Assembly (NCBI GenBank): GCA_951406725.2
Contig: OX597821.1
Location: 118,420,001-118,484,000, forward strand
Direction: 5' to 3'
Length of the DNA: 64,000 nt
Origin: Octopus vulgaris
Lineage: Eukaryota
The translations under genes were made by a program, and so were the position numbers. This document shows positions 50,415 through 63,962 of this stretch, piece after piece. The first letter of the stretch is position 1; each line of letters starts with the position of its first letter. The notes below the pieces were generated by a model that ran no database searches, was not told where the DNA came from, and saw only the letters and a list, made by a program, of their open reading frames with translations.

Positions 50415-50742
50415 TTCTTTATTCTTTATATCTTTTAATTATTTTAGACTGTGGCTATGCTGGAGCGCCGCCTTTAGTCGAACAAATCGTACCTAGGACT
50501 TATTCTTTGTAAACCTATTACTTATTCCATCGTTCTCTTTTGCCTAACGGCTAAGTTACGGGGACGTAAACACACCGCCATCAGTTATTAAGCGATGATG
50601 GGGGAAAACGCAGACATACAAACACACAAACACAAACACGCACATATATATATATACATATACACGACGGATGTCTTTCAGTTTCCTTCTACCAAACCCA
50701 CTCACAAAGCTTTGGTCGGCCCGAAGCTATAGTAGAAGGACA
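50415..50742 (-). mobile_element. SINE-like interspersed repeat
   Basis: GTCGAACAAATCG...GCTAAGTTACGGGGACGTAAACACACC; recognised repeat pattern. Confidence 0.6.
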
Positions 50743-50839
50743 GGTGGTACTGCTAAAAAAGAGAAAAAGACAAGTGGGATCAAATAAAAAAGTTTAGTAC
50801 CATAAAGTTGCTGAACGCAGAATTAAGAATTTTTTTTAC

Positions 50840-52400
50840 CAAAACGTTAGCAAGAGGTTGGCGATTGCCGTCGAACTGATAGGGGTTGCGCTAACAATAC
50901 ATAATTCCAAAGAGATCCATCCTTGACAATCTCTACATCATGCAATATATCATAGATAGGGTGAACAAAGAAGCTGGTATAAGTGGGGCTGTGATCAATT
51001 TGGATCAATCTAAAGCCATCTACAGGGATGATCACTAATACATGGCGGTTGGACCTCACGGCGGTTTGTCTCGGTCTTGTTATCCGTGGCTGATTCGCTG
51101 CAATGTACAACGACATCTGCTCGGTAGTTCGGGAGAATGGCTACCTAATGAAACCTTCTACATCATACGTTCGGTCCCCTCTCATCTTTAATATATGTAC
51201 CGCGCAAGAGACCCTACTGCGGAAATCGGAGGTGTTGAGAGGCACCCCGCACGAATTAGGACGTGACAGAACTGTGTCGGCTTATGCAGATGATATCACC
51301 GTCATAACTTGGAGAAGCAGGTACATGTAGTCTAATAACGTCGTGGGATGCTGGACGGACTGATCGATTGACTTGCGCGGTGTGGTTTGGCCTGAATCCC
51401 CTGGTGGAAAATTGGGACTATGTGAGAAGCGAGGTGGCCAGTCCCACTCAGGAATGGGTCAAGAGAAAGCCATCCGTAAATGGTCGGTCAGATGTGGAAA
51501 ATGCTAACATCATGCCTGTCATAATAATATATTTTGACCGTTGTGACTTGCTCCAGTTTATGTCTTACCAAACCGGAGTGCGTACACTTCCGCTTTTGTG
51601 GAGTGGACGCGTTGATTGGCTATGCGCTCCATTTCCTATCAGCAACCGCTAAATAGAGAGCAGGGAATGACGTGGTGGCTGGTGTGTAGAAATACACTGA
51701 GGCCACGACATCTCCAGTGCTTTCTAGACAGTAAGCAGTTGTAGTCGCCATTTGGCAGACACGACGTTCGTCACTTTGTCTGAGCTACAGCCCTGGATCA
51801 AGTGTAGACCGAGGCAGGGCGACTAGCATCACGAGTGTCATTAGGCGCTCACAGTCCTCAGTCAGTCAGATAATGCGATAGGTGGAAGTTCGACTCAGCC
51901 GTTCTATAGTGGGTTGGTAACAGACAAGAGCGGCGACGTTCTCTGTGAGACGTGAATGAGATGGCTGATCCATACGGTTGACTTTCGAACCGAGAATAAC
52001 ATTCAGATGCGAGCATTACTGACTTGTGAGTTCATGTTGAATACCTTCTGTCGCGTGTAGGAGGGATCCTGTTATCGGCTGAATCCATTGTAAACATCAT
52101 CCCGCCACCTTCCTTTGGTTGTAAAAAGCAGTCAATGTTTCTTGGTGGTCTTAGCGAAGGCGGTTGTGTGATGGACTATGTTGAAAGACCGACACTTTCC
52201 TCTTTGACCAAGCCCTCATCAACCTTTTCAAGTTTCACCTGAAAAGGTAAATGAAGTTAATGAGAAAATTGCTGGTTTCCAGCAATTTTTTTAAGTGGTG
52301 GGTGAATGTAGCGCAATTGGTTCGAGTGAACGGACCTTCTTAAAGCATGCGCAAGTAGATGGAAGGTAGATGAGAAGGAGAGGGCACTTGCTCTAGAGTC
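50840..52400 (+). mobile_element. Degenerate Tx1/L1-like LINE
   Basis: INLDQSKA and SAYADDITVI motifs; related to 36005-36665. Confidence 0.75.
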
Positions 52401-52463
52401 AGGGTGATCGTAAGTTTTGTAGGGTTTTCACGAAGAGCCCTTGGAAGTCCCCTACACTTTTGG

Positions 52464-52512
<49 letters not shown>

Positions 52513-52658
52513 TACTTCGAGTAAACTTACTTAAGAAACGACGCGAGGCGCTCAGTCATATAATAACAATTTAGCAAATAAAACATATGCATACATACAT
52601 ACATATATGTAAATACCTACATCTATATGTATATATACGTCATATATATTTATATATA

Positions 52659-52698
<40 letters not shown>

Positions 52699-53269
52699 TA
52701 CAGGACACCACAAATAAACGTAGAATTCAACGAGAAACGAAAACATCAATACAAACAAGGAAACGGACTTTTTTTAACAACGAAAAAACAACCAGGGGCA
52801 GCTGATGAAGGGAAATATTCCTTGTATTGTTTGTCTTGAATAAGTTCACTCACTGTCTGTCTTTCTCTCTCCCTTTCATACACACACACACACGCACGCA
52901 CTCATTAACTGACAAAGAGTAAACAATAAACGTGTATTATTTGGTAGACAGTTACTAACGTTATAATGTCATTTTCATCCATGATTATCTTTTTCTTCCT
53001 CCAAATGTTTTAAGATCTTCATTTTAAGATAGATGTCGAGGCTCGTATGAAATATTAATATAGCAAATGGAACAAATTTATGATCAGGAATTTTATTATC
53101 AATTTCAAAATTTCAAATATTTTATACAATCGTGTTTTCAAGGACAGAAAATTTATGCAACCTTAGCTTATGTAGATGACATAAGTATTCATTGCCTCAG
53201 CTGACTAGAACGACATGTATGAATAGTGAATGAGATCCTACTAGTTGTAGTTGTAAAAACATTATTAAT

Positions 53270-53460
53270 ATTGATTTGAAATTTGAAGAAGGAAATGAGT
53301 CGATTGCATCGATTCCTGTATTCTTCTGGAGCTTATTTTATCGATCCCGAAAGGAAAAAAGGCACAAATGAACTCAGTGGAATTTGAACTCAAAACGTAA
53401 AGCCGGACAAAAGGCCGTTAAGTATTTCTAACAATTCTGCCAGCTCATCGTTTAACATTG
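53270..53460 (-). mobile_element. SINE of a second family
   Basis: Reverse complement of GAGTTCAAATTCCAC...GCCTTT..CCTTTCGGGATCGATAAA. Confidence 0.7.
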
Positions 53461-53482
53461 TTTAATATTTGTAGGAAATTAT

Positions 53483-53678
53483 GGTAGCGAGCTGGAAGAT
53501 TCGTTTAGTACGCCGGGCACAATGCATAATGGTCTGAGTTCAAATTCCACCGTGGGGAACTAGGCCTTTCAACCTTTCAGGATCAATAACATGAATACTA
53601 CTTGAGCACTGGGGTCGATGCAATCGACTTACTTTCTCTCCTCGAATTTCTAGCCCTTTGCCAAAATTTGAAGCCAAT
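53483..53678 (+). mobile_element. SINE of a second family
   Basis: B box GAGTTCAAATTCC and GCCTTTCAACCTTTCAGGATCAATAA core; head-to-head with the previous copy. Confidence 0.7.
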
Positions 53679-54887
53679 ATTTGTAGGAAAATGAAATTCT
53701 TTTGCAAGTTAGTCTATAGAGATTTATATTAAGTTTGCATATTATTATGTCAACTGTTATAATTGAGTCAATAATTGCTTCGTTGGTGCTTTATCTGGGT
53801 ATTTGTTTCAACGACGATTTTGTTCACAAATGCATGCATTACTGAATTAAAAATAAATATTTCTCCCATGAATTTGAATTACAAAACAACACCTGTTAAA
53901 ATCTAAAATTGGCCAGCTCTCATTCGATCTCAGACCTTTACAAATTCAAGATATTTTGCATTTCAAATAGAAAGTGTATTTTCTAGCGGCTTGTTTTTTT
54001 TGAGAAACCATCCAAGGACATTCAGTTTACAATCAGATGTTATGCAACGTGAAAACAAATCATTTTCGCAAATTATCTTAAATGCATTCATTTAAAAGTT
54101 CCATAACCAAAAGTAGATCATGCAAAACAAAACAAAACAAACAAATAACAAAAACAAACAAATTTCAATTATCTAATTGCTAATGATATTTGCAAACCAG
54201 TCCGTCACCCATTCATGCCTGTTGTTTCAATACATATTACTACCAGAAATTCTCAAGTGTTTGCTTCTAATTAACAATCAGGTCAAGGGAAAATAAAACT
54301 GACTTTAACAATTTTAATAATCAGCTTTGACCTGGGAACCAGCCAAAACGCTGCAATAAAGCTAAAATATCTGTCTTCGTTTTTCCTGATGTAAGTAAAA
54401 GATGAGAAAAATAGCATCAAAAGTATTCTACTTCCTCTTTCTCTTGTTCAAATAGTTGTCAATAAAAAATAATTCCAAAACGTATACCAACACACTAATT
54501 ATTGGCTCAATTATAACAGTTAATATAGTTATATATACATGCAATATTTAAACTTAATATAAACTTGATATACGAATATTAAACAATATTTTACGAGCAT
54601 CAGAATCACATGTTATTCTCCTCAGCTGAGGCACCAAATTCTAATGTTGTCATCAAGAGGTAAGTTTGAATTCTGTGTCCTTGGAAACGCAATTGTATGG
54701 AACATTTGAAATTGTAAAATTGATAGTAACAATTTAGGTTAAAGCAGTGTTTCTGAAATGGGGAGGCCTATGGGACGGTCGGACAAGTTGTTTTGAGAAA
54801 ATTTGGTTTAAATGTTTGAGAACTCACCTCCGTCCATTGGACGGGGGGCATTTTGCTCGTAATACACACACGCACACACACACACAC

Positions 54888-54959
<72 letters not shown>

Positions 54960-54964
<5 letters not shown>

Positions 54965-57900
54965 GAAAATAGTAAAGAGTGAAAAAACGACAGAAGGCTT
55001 AAATGTTAAAAAATATATATATTTGCGTCAATATGTCTGAAGAATATTAGAAAATTAAAAAAAAATTTTTTTTCTCTTATAATGACATAATTTTTAAAGA
55101 AAGACCGGTTTCGCTTGTAGCTTTTCAAATTTATTGTGACGTTATGTTTATGTTGTATAGAGTTATCGTTGTGTTTATGTTCCGGAGAGTTCTAAATAAG
55201 GGGAGGTAGTGGGTGATTTCGTCCGGTGTAAGGGAGATAATCGCTTAAAATTTTTTTTCCTTTTCCCTTAATGTGAATTTCTCTGTATCAGTATGTTCGG
55301 ATGGTTGAGTCTGGGCTTGTACTTTTCAATGAAGAATGTTTCCTTGTTTAGTCTAATTTGTGTTGATGATCCGAAAGCACATTGGTAAAATGGAAAGATT
55401 AAAAATTGTGGTAGTAGTTGCTTTGCGCATTTCTCAATGTGCTCACTAAAAGGTATCATTCTATATTCTGGGAATGCAATCTGTTGTCGATGCAGTGTGC
55501 ATCTACGTCTGAGTGATAGTCCCGTGGAACATACGTAGTCTTGGTGGCAGCCCGAGCATTTTATGATATAAATTATGTTTACAGAGGCACTAGTAAAGTT
55601 AGATTTGATCTTGAATTTCTGTCCCTCTTTAAAGAGGAATTCTGATCCTTCTAGCAGGTTAGGACATGTTGCACAGTTCGATCTACCACATTTTTTTACT
55701 TTTGCATCCGTAATTTCAGAAGACAATTTTGCCTTTGTGAGAATCTTTTTAAGTGATTTAGGCTGTTTGTAGCTTTTAATGATTTGGGGTTTTTATGAAG
55801 TATTGGTAAATTCTGGGTGATGATGGTGAAGGCTTCTTTGTTTCTGGGGTTGTATGTAGATATGTAAGGTAGTATTTTCGGGGAAGGTGTGTTGTTGTGT
55901 TGAACTTTTCTTAAAGTTTCTATGTTGATTTCTGTTGCACGTCTGATCCCATCCTCTATGAGTTGAGCTGGGTAATGTCTGTCAATTAGGATGTTTTTAA
56001 GTTCTTGCAGTCTAAAGTTCCTGGTATTTTGTTCTGACACTATTGTGCATATCCTTCTTGCAAGGTTGAAGGGGATGTTTGTTTTAGTGTGTCTTGGGTG
56101 GCATGAATTAAAGAGAAGGTATTGTTTGGCGTCTGTGGCTTTGTAAAAAATGTCTGTTTCTATTTTAAGGTTAATTTTTTTAATTAGTATATCCAAGAAC
56201 GGGAGCTCCTTTTGGTTGTATTCCATTGTGAACTGTATATTTGGGTTTATGCTGTTCAATAGGTTTTTAAATTTTAGGAGTTTATCTGTGTTTTCATTCC
56301 AGAGAACAAAACAATCGTCTAAGAATCGTTTCCAGTTCTCTTTTATGTATTGAGAGAGGGGTTTCCAAAGATTGATAAAGATTCCTGGTAAATGATTATT
56401 TCCATGTATCCCATTGTTAAGTTCGCAATGACTGGTGCTGCCCTTGTACCCATAGCAATTCCGGATTTTTGACGGTAAAATGTATTGTCAAACATGAAGT
56501 GGTTATTGTGTAGGATGAATTCAATTGATTTAGTAATGAATTCTTTACTGATCCTTTTTGGTATTTCTTCCGGAAATTGGTCTAACCAGAACTGTATTGC
56601 CTCCAGTCCATAATTATGAGGTATATTGGTATACAAGTTGACTACATCAAATGAAACCAGGATTGTTTCTTCCTTGGCTTTTTTTGGAAGGTGGTTTAAC
56701 ATCTCTAAGTCATCTCTGATATGGCTATCGATATGTTTAAGGAAGGGTTTCAGGAGGATGTCCATAAGTAGACTTAGTCTGTGTGTTTCACAGGTTGGGC
56801 CAGCTACAATGGGTCGTAGTTTTAGGTCCCCCGGGTTAGGTGTGTGTATGTATGTCTTTGGTGATTTTTTAATGATTTCATTTATAATTTGACTTTTATG
56901 AATTTTTGGCAGACCATAGAAAAGGCTAGGTTTGCATTTAAAGTTTGTTAGGAAGTCAATCTCTTTGGTTGTTAGTTCTTTTTCATGGGTTTTAATTAGT
57001 GAAGATAGAGTTTTCATTATTTTTTGTGGGGTGTAGTTGGTAATGTTTTCATAATGTAGGTCGTCATCAAGTAAGGAAATCAAGATTTCTGTAGTATGAT
57101 GTATCCATTATTACAACTGCATTTCCCTTGTCTGCTTCCTTAATGGTTATATCCTCATCATTTTGAAGTTCTATCAGTTCTTTCCATTGTGTAGTGTTAA
57201 AATTTGAGTTAGCTTTCTGTTTATGTATAGTATGGTAGGGGAAGTTCTCAATGTGGTTACAGAATTCGTCAAGATCTTTATTTCTTCCTCTGTGTGGGAT
57301 GTGTTCACTTTTGTTCTTGACTAGTGATTCATCTTCAGTATTGAAACTGGTTGATGCTTCTGCTAGTCTTAATTTTCTGCAAAATTCTGTTATATTATCC
57401 TTGATTTCATTTAGGTCGGCTCTGCGTGGAGTTGGTGTAAATTTGATCCCTTTTGAGAGGATGTCAATTTTTATGTTAGAAAGAGGTTTGGTTGAAAGAT
57501 TGATTATCTTCGGTTTTTCCTTATTACTAGGTTCCAGCCTGTGTCCTGGTGTCCCTGGTCCCTGGCTAAAAAATGTTGGGTGTAATTTTGTTTGTATGAG
57601 TTGTCTGTGAGGTTGTGTGATATTTGGTCGGGGGAGTGGTGGTATTGTTGCCCCCGATCGTTGTGTGTGTGGGGGAATCTATGGTTGTTATTGTTTGTGG
57701 TGTGTGTGAAATTTCTGTATGGGAAATATTTTTGTTTCGAACTGCTTGTATGTGGGATGTTGCTTGACATAGTGTTTTTTTGTGTTTGTCTTGTGTTTAG
57801 TGGGGACCAGTAGTTTTGGTTCATGGGGTAGTAGCGACTTGTGTGTGGTGTATTTCTTATTCTAGTGTCGTTTTGTGCTGTATGGTGGTTGGGTCTAGTA

Positions 57901-58531
57901 TTAGGATGTTGTTGGTGTGTTCTGTTTTTGGTGTAATTTATTTCATAGACGCGTCCTCTGTCAGTTAGTTCCCTGTTAGGTCTTGCGTGGTTTGCAAAGG
58001 TTGGTTGTGGGGTATTTCTGTTTTTAGTGTATGGAGGATAGTTGGGGGTTGTTCGTGGATGGTTTGGTTTTTCTTTTTTATTTTTTGTAATTTTCTTAAG
58101 GAAGGGATTATTTGTACCCAATTAATTTTTGAAAGTTGCACTATATTTTTGGAAGAAGTCCATGTTTTTCTCCCAGCGTAGGAGAGAATTTCTCTCTTCT
58201 TTTTCACAAGTATCCTTCCAATGATCTAATGTATTTTCGAGGGGTTGTCCCTCGGTATGTTTCAGTATTATATTGTGCATTTCCTCGTCTATGCTTTTAA
58301 ATTTTTCCTCATTTGTGGAGGCCCATTTGAAAAGCTACAAGCGAAACCGGTCTTTCTTTAAAAATTATATCATTATAAGAGAAAAAAATTTAAAAAAAAA
58401 TTTTCTAATATTCTTCAGACATATTGACGCAAATATATATATTTTTTAACATTTAAGTCTTCTGTCGTTTTTTTCACTCTTTACTATTTTCTATATATTC
58501 ACCCACGTGTTTTCACAAACCAACTTTCTTA

Positions 58532-58535
<4 letters not shown>
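54960..58535 (-). mobile_element. Penelope-like retroelement: RT + GIY-YIG, 3' pLTR and inverted 5' pLTR
   Basis: ORF pieces 58121-57504, 57083-56343, 56259-55696 and 55726-55268 (FYGLPKIHK, LRPIV, SFDVVNLYTNIP, GIAMG, NIIYIIKC..C...Y); 54960-55130 is inverted at 58325-58497. Confidence 0.95.
55096..55135 (-). ncRNA. Minimal hammerhead-like motif, U3-A8 variant, in pLTR (second copy at 58325-58358 on +)
   Basis: TTGAAAA-GCT(ACA)AGC-GAAA-CCGG-TC; stem I is weak. Confidence 0.5.
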
Positions 58536-58572
<37 letters not shown>

Positions 58573-58908
58573 TGCTTTTTGTTAATTTTAATCATGATGT
58601 TATTGATTTATTGACAGATTTTAATAAGAGCTGGTACACCTGAAGATAGCATTTTTCTGTTAATTTGTGTGAATAGAGTTTTTGTGGAGTGGGAGAGTCG
58701 TCACAACGTTGTAGTATTTACTTAATGGTTTTCATGATTTTAGCATGAATACCGCTTAAGTTGAAGTTACACATCATTTTTTGGGCGTTACATAAAACAC
58801 AGCCCAGTCAAATATTATAAGCTTTCTGAAGATTTGTAACTATGTGATGGTATTAGAGATTAATATTTTATCAGAATCAATAATAGTCAAGTTGTGTGTG
58901 TGTGTATG

Positions 58909-58952
<44 letters not shown>

Positions 58953-58961
58953 GGATGGGGG

Positions 58962-59268
58962 GGGGAGCAATGGCCCAGTGGTTAGGGCAGCGGACTCGCA
59001 GTCGTAGGATCGCGGTTTCGATTCCCAGACCGGGCGTTGTGAGTTTATTGAGCGAAAACACCTAAAGCTCCACGAAGCTCCGCAGGGGGTGGTGGCGATC
59101 CCTGCTGTAGAATTTGACCACAACTTTCTTTCACTCATTCTTCTGTTGGCCTGCTCGCTTAGCTAACGGGGTGGCGTCATTTGAAAGCTAAAACAATGCG
59201 AAGCGCATGGTAACCAGCGATGTGTAGCAACATCTGATAGCCTGGTCTATCATGGTGATCACGGTGAT
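58962..59268 (+). mobile_element. Full-length tRNA-derived SINE
   Basis: A box TGGCCCAGTGG, B box GTTTCGATTCC. Confidence 0.9.
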
Positions 59269-59284
59269 ATATGGATATATGTAC

Positions 59285-59344
<60 letters not shown>

Positions 59345-59361
59345 TTATATGTGTGTGAGAG

Positions 59362-60192
59362 AGCGAAGGTTTCATCCTGGCTGCTCAAGATCAAAGCCTA
59401 TTAACCCGGAACTACCAGGCCAATGTGATGAAAAATGGAGCAGACCCAAAATGCCGATTCTGCAACCACATGATTGAAACAGTGGACCACCTAATCTCTG
59501 GATGTAAAGTCTTAGCACCAGTGGAGTATAAATTAAGACATGACAGAGTTGGCCAATATCTCCACTGGCTAATAAGTCGGCATTACAATATCAAAACTGC
59601 CGACAAGTGGTATAATCACCACCCTGAGGCTGTAACTGAAGGAGAAAATGTAACCATTCTGTGGGACTTTCCAGTACATACAGACCGAACCATCAAGGCC
59701 AATAAACCAGATATTGTTGTGAAAGACCAAAACAATAAAGTTTGCTTATTGATCGACATGAGCATCCCCTGTGATCATAATATCTCAGCGAAAGAGTTTG
59801 ACAAGCTCAGAAAATATAAAGACCTACTCATTGAAATTGAGAAAATGTGGCATCTCAAGGCGGTTACAATACCAGTGATCGTAGGAGCATTAGGAATGAT
59901 CAAGAAGGGAACCGAAAATTATATGAGAATGATCCCTGGCTTACCATCCCTGCAAGAAGTGCAAAAGATTGTCTTAACTGGTACATCACACGTATTGAGA
60001 AGAGCATTGTCGATGTGAGAACTGTTGCTGCTCATGTATTTTAATTTAACTTAAAAAAAAAAAAAAATGAACGAAATACTGAGTTTGGTTTAATGGCCTA
60101 CCAATGTATACTATGAGTTTCTTTGCCCTAGGAGTCGGGAAGACACTCGGCAAGAAATGGAAACAAATTTGAAAGAAGAAAAAAAAAAAAAA
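59362..60192 (+). mobile_element. 5'-truncated R4/Dong-type LINE with intact C-terminal ORF (CCHC + RLE) and poly(A)
   Basis: AAQDQSL, CRFC...HLISGC, RHD, KPDIVV..ID..K..KY motifs; A-tail runs into (AAT)n. Confidence 0.92.
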
Positions 60193-60223
60193 TAATAATA
60201 ATAATAATAACAACAATAATAAT

Positions 60224-60772
60224 GATGCAGTACCAGGCAGTGGCTTTTGCGGCTTCTGATCTTAACTGATTGGAAGTGTTATCATGTAGATTGTTTTGTC
60301 TTGATATAAAAGATGGGCTACAACAAATATTCTGCTCAATACCACAGATTTGCTTGTCAGTTGCTTGACCTTAACCATTTGAGCATGTTCTTTGGTGGCT
60401 GACGATATGTGCATTGCTGATCACGAGCAGAAGTAGTTGGGGAGCATGTTAGCCGTGTGCTGAAAGGAATTGTTAGAGGTTTGGATAATTCACCTTTGGA
60501 AACATGGGTGGTTCGTTCAACATCCTTAAACAACCCTTATTCAGGGACCTTTTGAGCAGGATGGGTTACTTGACCAGAAGAAAATTCTAACTGCGCCCCA
60601 CCTGCAAGGTCTTGTGCTGTTTATCTTGATATGAGATCACCATGTTGCGCACATATGGTTGTGATGCATGTGCCTAGTGTACCCTTATCAGATTGGTAGT
60701 CATGATGGGTATACTGGGCTTCGTATATTTTACCCTAGTGTCACTTTGATGGCATGCACTGCTCTCTCACTC
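60224..60772 (+). repeat. ~550-bp interspersed repeat ending in (AAT)n
   Basis: Reverse-complement copy at 63113-63645. Confidence 0.85.
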
Positions 60773-60890
<118 letters not shown>

Positions 60891-60959
60891 ATCATTATAG
60901 TCGTCATACAGTATAAACTATCGTGAGGTTGTTGATTGAAGATATTGTGTCTACCGGAG

Positions 60960-62940
60960 AATTGTACTGTCTTTTAAGTCACAATAAGGACCACAGACTG
61001 ACAGAACTTAACGCAATATGCATGCAGTTCCAAGTAATATCGTTTTTTGCAGGGCATTTCTAACGCTTCCAGATTTTTTTTCAGGTTGGGTGATATTGAA
61101 ACCCAATGCTTGGTTCACAATAGGGACAACCTTTATGTTTGACTCTCGTGGCTGCCACATCTTGCTGATCTCAATTCCCAGGTCTCCATATTTATCAATC
61201 TTTTCTCTTCTTTTCAAGATGATATGTTGATCTCCTGGCACTGTCACGTTGATTATTAGGTATTCTTGTTTATCTCTCTTACAGGTTACTATATTTGCCT
61301 TGGGTGCACTAACACCTTGTCTGTCTGGAAGTCACAGTCCCAGGGGATTCTTACCTACCCCTTTTCATCCATTATCTCTTCCAGTGTATATTGGTACCAA
61401 GCACACGTTACCTTATATTCATACTTCCAGCATAGTAGCCAGTCAAGGTTTCGGGCTACCTTGTCGTGTCTCTCGCTTATCGTCTTTCTGCATAAAACTT
61501 TCACAAGAAATAACAACGTGAGTCACGCTTTCGATCCACTTCCGACTCAGTCTGCATAGGTTCATGCTCTTTTATGGTAGATATCCCTTTTCACAGAGCT
61601 GTTATCCAATGCTTGGTCCTGGGCTTTCGGTCTTCATTTTAGTTAGCCTTTGCTGAGCCACATCCATGATGCTTCCTGTTCTTTTAATTTGTTAGTTTCA
61701 CGGTGGGACTGACTATGTAATTCCATTTGGAGTAGGATTTCTTCTCTATCGTTGGCTATTCATCATTGGTATTCAAAAGCACTCTCAAGGCCACTTTTGG
61801 TATATCCTTCTGCATTAGCAGCATACTGTGGCAGGTCTTGTTTACTGTTTACCAAATTTTTCGCCATGCTTCGTTTTTCACTGTTGATGCACTCCTGTAC
61901 GCTAATCAGACAACATCCACCTTTACACCTTTACTCCGTTTGGCAATTCTATGCCCTTACAATCTGATCACCGCATACTTCAAGATAAAAAATCCCATCC
62001 CTGTATCCTTGCTGCACATCTGTATAGTCTCAACCAGCCTCTCCATTTCAGTCTTTGTTTTGCAAAAAGTTTTAAATCATCCATGAACAGAAGGTTGTTG
62101 AGACGTGGTCGGTTCTCTCTCAGCTCATAGTGCGCGATGACTTTACGTAGGACTTCAGAAAGTGGAATCAACGCTATAACAAATAACGGAGGTAAACAAG
62201 AGTCTTCCTGGAAGATACCTCTTGTTTGTTACCTCGGCTAAGTGCTAGTTATTACAGAAAAGACGTGGTTTCCAACAAGGCATGTTGTTCCTAATCAGTG
62301 AGCGCATGTTCTCAGCTATTCCTCACATGTCAAGTGTTTCTAAAATCCACAAATGCGGCAGCATGTCGTAAGTCATTTTAAAGTTTATGCAGGTCATGCA
62401 GAAGTCTTTTTGCTACCGTTTACATATCTTCATTACAACTTTGTCTATCACACGGTGGTCCTTGGTGCACGTGGATCATTTTGGTCATCCTTTTGTTCTA
62501 CTAGCAGAAGATTGTTTTCCGGCAATTGTCTAATTGCAACGCAATTCGCTTGTGAGTTTATCTAAACCACTTGAGCCAGCCTTGAATTTAGTCTGGTCCT
62601 GCCGCTTTCCAGATTGGCCCTTTTGATACCTGTGAAATTACATCATCCATTGTTATGAGCAAATGGCCCTGTCGTAATGCCTTCGGGTGAAGGAATTTGG
62701 ATCGCACGGAATGAATCCACTCAACCACGTGGTTCTGCGAAACTTCTTGCCCGAGATGTTATTCCAAAATTGGCGGGTTTCCTCTGCTTCAGGAGGTATA
62801 TCATATTCTGTATTTCCTCCTAAGCTCTTAAAAAACTGTCTCTGGTTATTTGAGAATAACCTCAGTATCTTCATGAACACCTAGAGATACTCACAGTATA
62901 CTTGATAGGCCATGAAAATAAAGACACCATATCGTTCATT
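60960..62940 (-). mobile_element. Degenerate R4/Dong-type LINE
   Basis: LNNLLFMDDLKLFAK, IFQ.DS, EKIDKYGDL..EI.KMW and LQKTILLGTA.ILR motifs. Confidence 0.85.
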
Positions 62941-62992
62941 TACAAAGACATGTGATAGAGAAAAAGAGGAAGAAAGACAGAGAGGAAAAGGA

Positions 62993-63100
<108 letters not shown>

Positions 63101-63112
63101 AAATATTAATAT

Positions 63113-63645
63113 TATTGAGTGAGAGAGCAGCGTATACCATGAAAGTGACTTTGGAGTACAATTATACGAAACCCAATATACCCATCATGACCTCTCATCT
63201 GATATGGGTGCACAAGGCACATGCATCACAACCACATGAGCGCGAATTGGTGATCTTATAAATGGTGCATGACCTTGCAGGTGGGGCCCAGTTAGAACTA
63301 TCATCAGGTTGAGTAGCCCATTCCGCCCAAAAGGCCTCTGAATAAAGTTTGTTTAAGGCTGATGAACGAACGACCCCTCATGTTTCCAGAGTTGAATTAT
63401 TTAAGCCCCTTCCAAAAAGATTCTCTCAACACATGGCTATGATGCTCCCTCACTATTTCTGCTTGTGACCAGAGATGCACATATTGTCAGCTACCAAGGG
63501 ACATTCGCAACTGGTTTAAGGCCAAACAACTGACAAGCAAATCTGTGGTATTGAGCAGAATATTTGCAGTAACCCATCTTTTATACCAAGGCAAAACAAT
63601 GTACATGGTAACACTTCCATCAGTTAAGATCAAGTGGAACATGAA
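63113..63645 (-). repeat. ~550-bp interspersed repeat (inverted relative to 60224-60772)
   Basis: Colinear reverse-complement similarity. Confidence 0.85.
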
Positions 63646-63760
63646 AAAACAATGAGGGCTTGGCTGAAGAGGAATATAACTGTTTTCAGTCCATTCAATC
63701 TCGTCCATATAATATTATTATTATTATTATTATTAAAATGTAATATGATTGTCCCATAGT

Positions 63761-63962
63761 AGGGCAGTGAGATGGCAGAATCATTAGCACGCCAGTATTT
63801 CGTCTGCTGCTACGTTCTGAGATCAAATTCAGTCGAGGTCGACTTAGCTTTTCATCCTTACGCGGTCGATGAAATAAGTAAAAGTTACCAACTGGGTTCG
63901 ATGTAATCGAGTAGCCCCCTTCCTTCCGAAATTTTCAAGGCCTTGTACTTAGAATAGAAATA
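63761..63962 (+). mobile_element. SINE of the second family
   Basis: GCTTTTCATCCTTACGCGGTCGATGAAATAAGTA core; similar to 53483. Confidence 0.7.

Noticed and set aside
52797-52830. CTGATGA plus hairpin AAGG..CCTT
   Set aside because: No GAAA or stem III follows.
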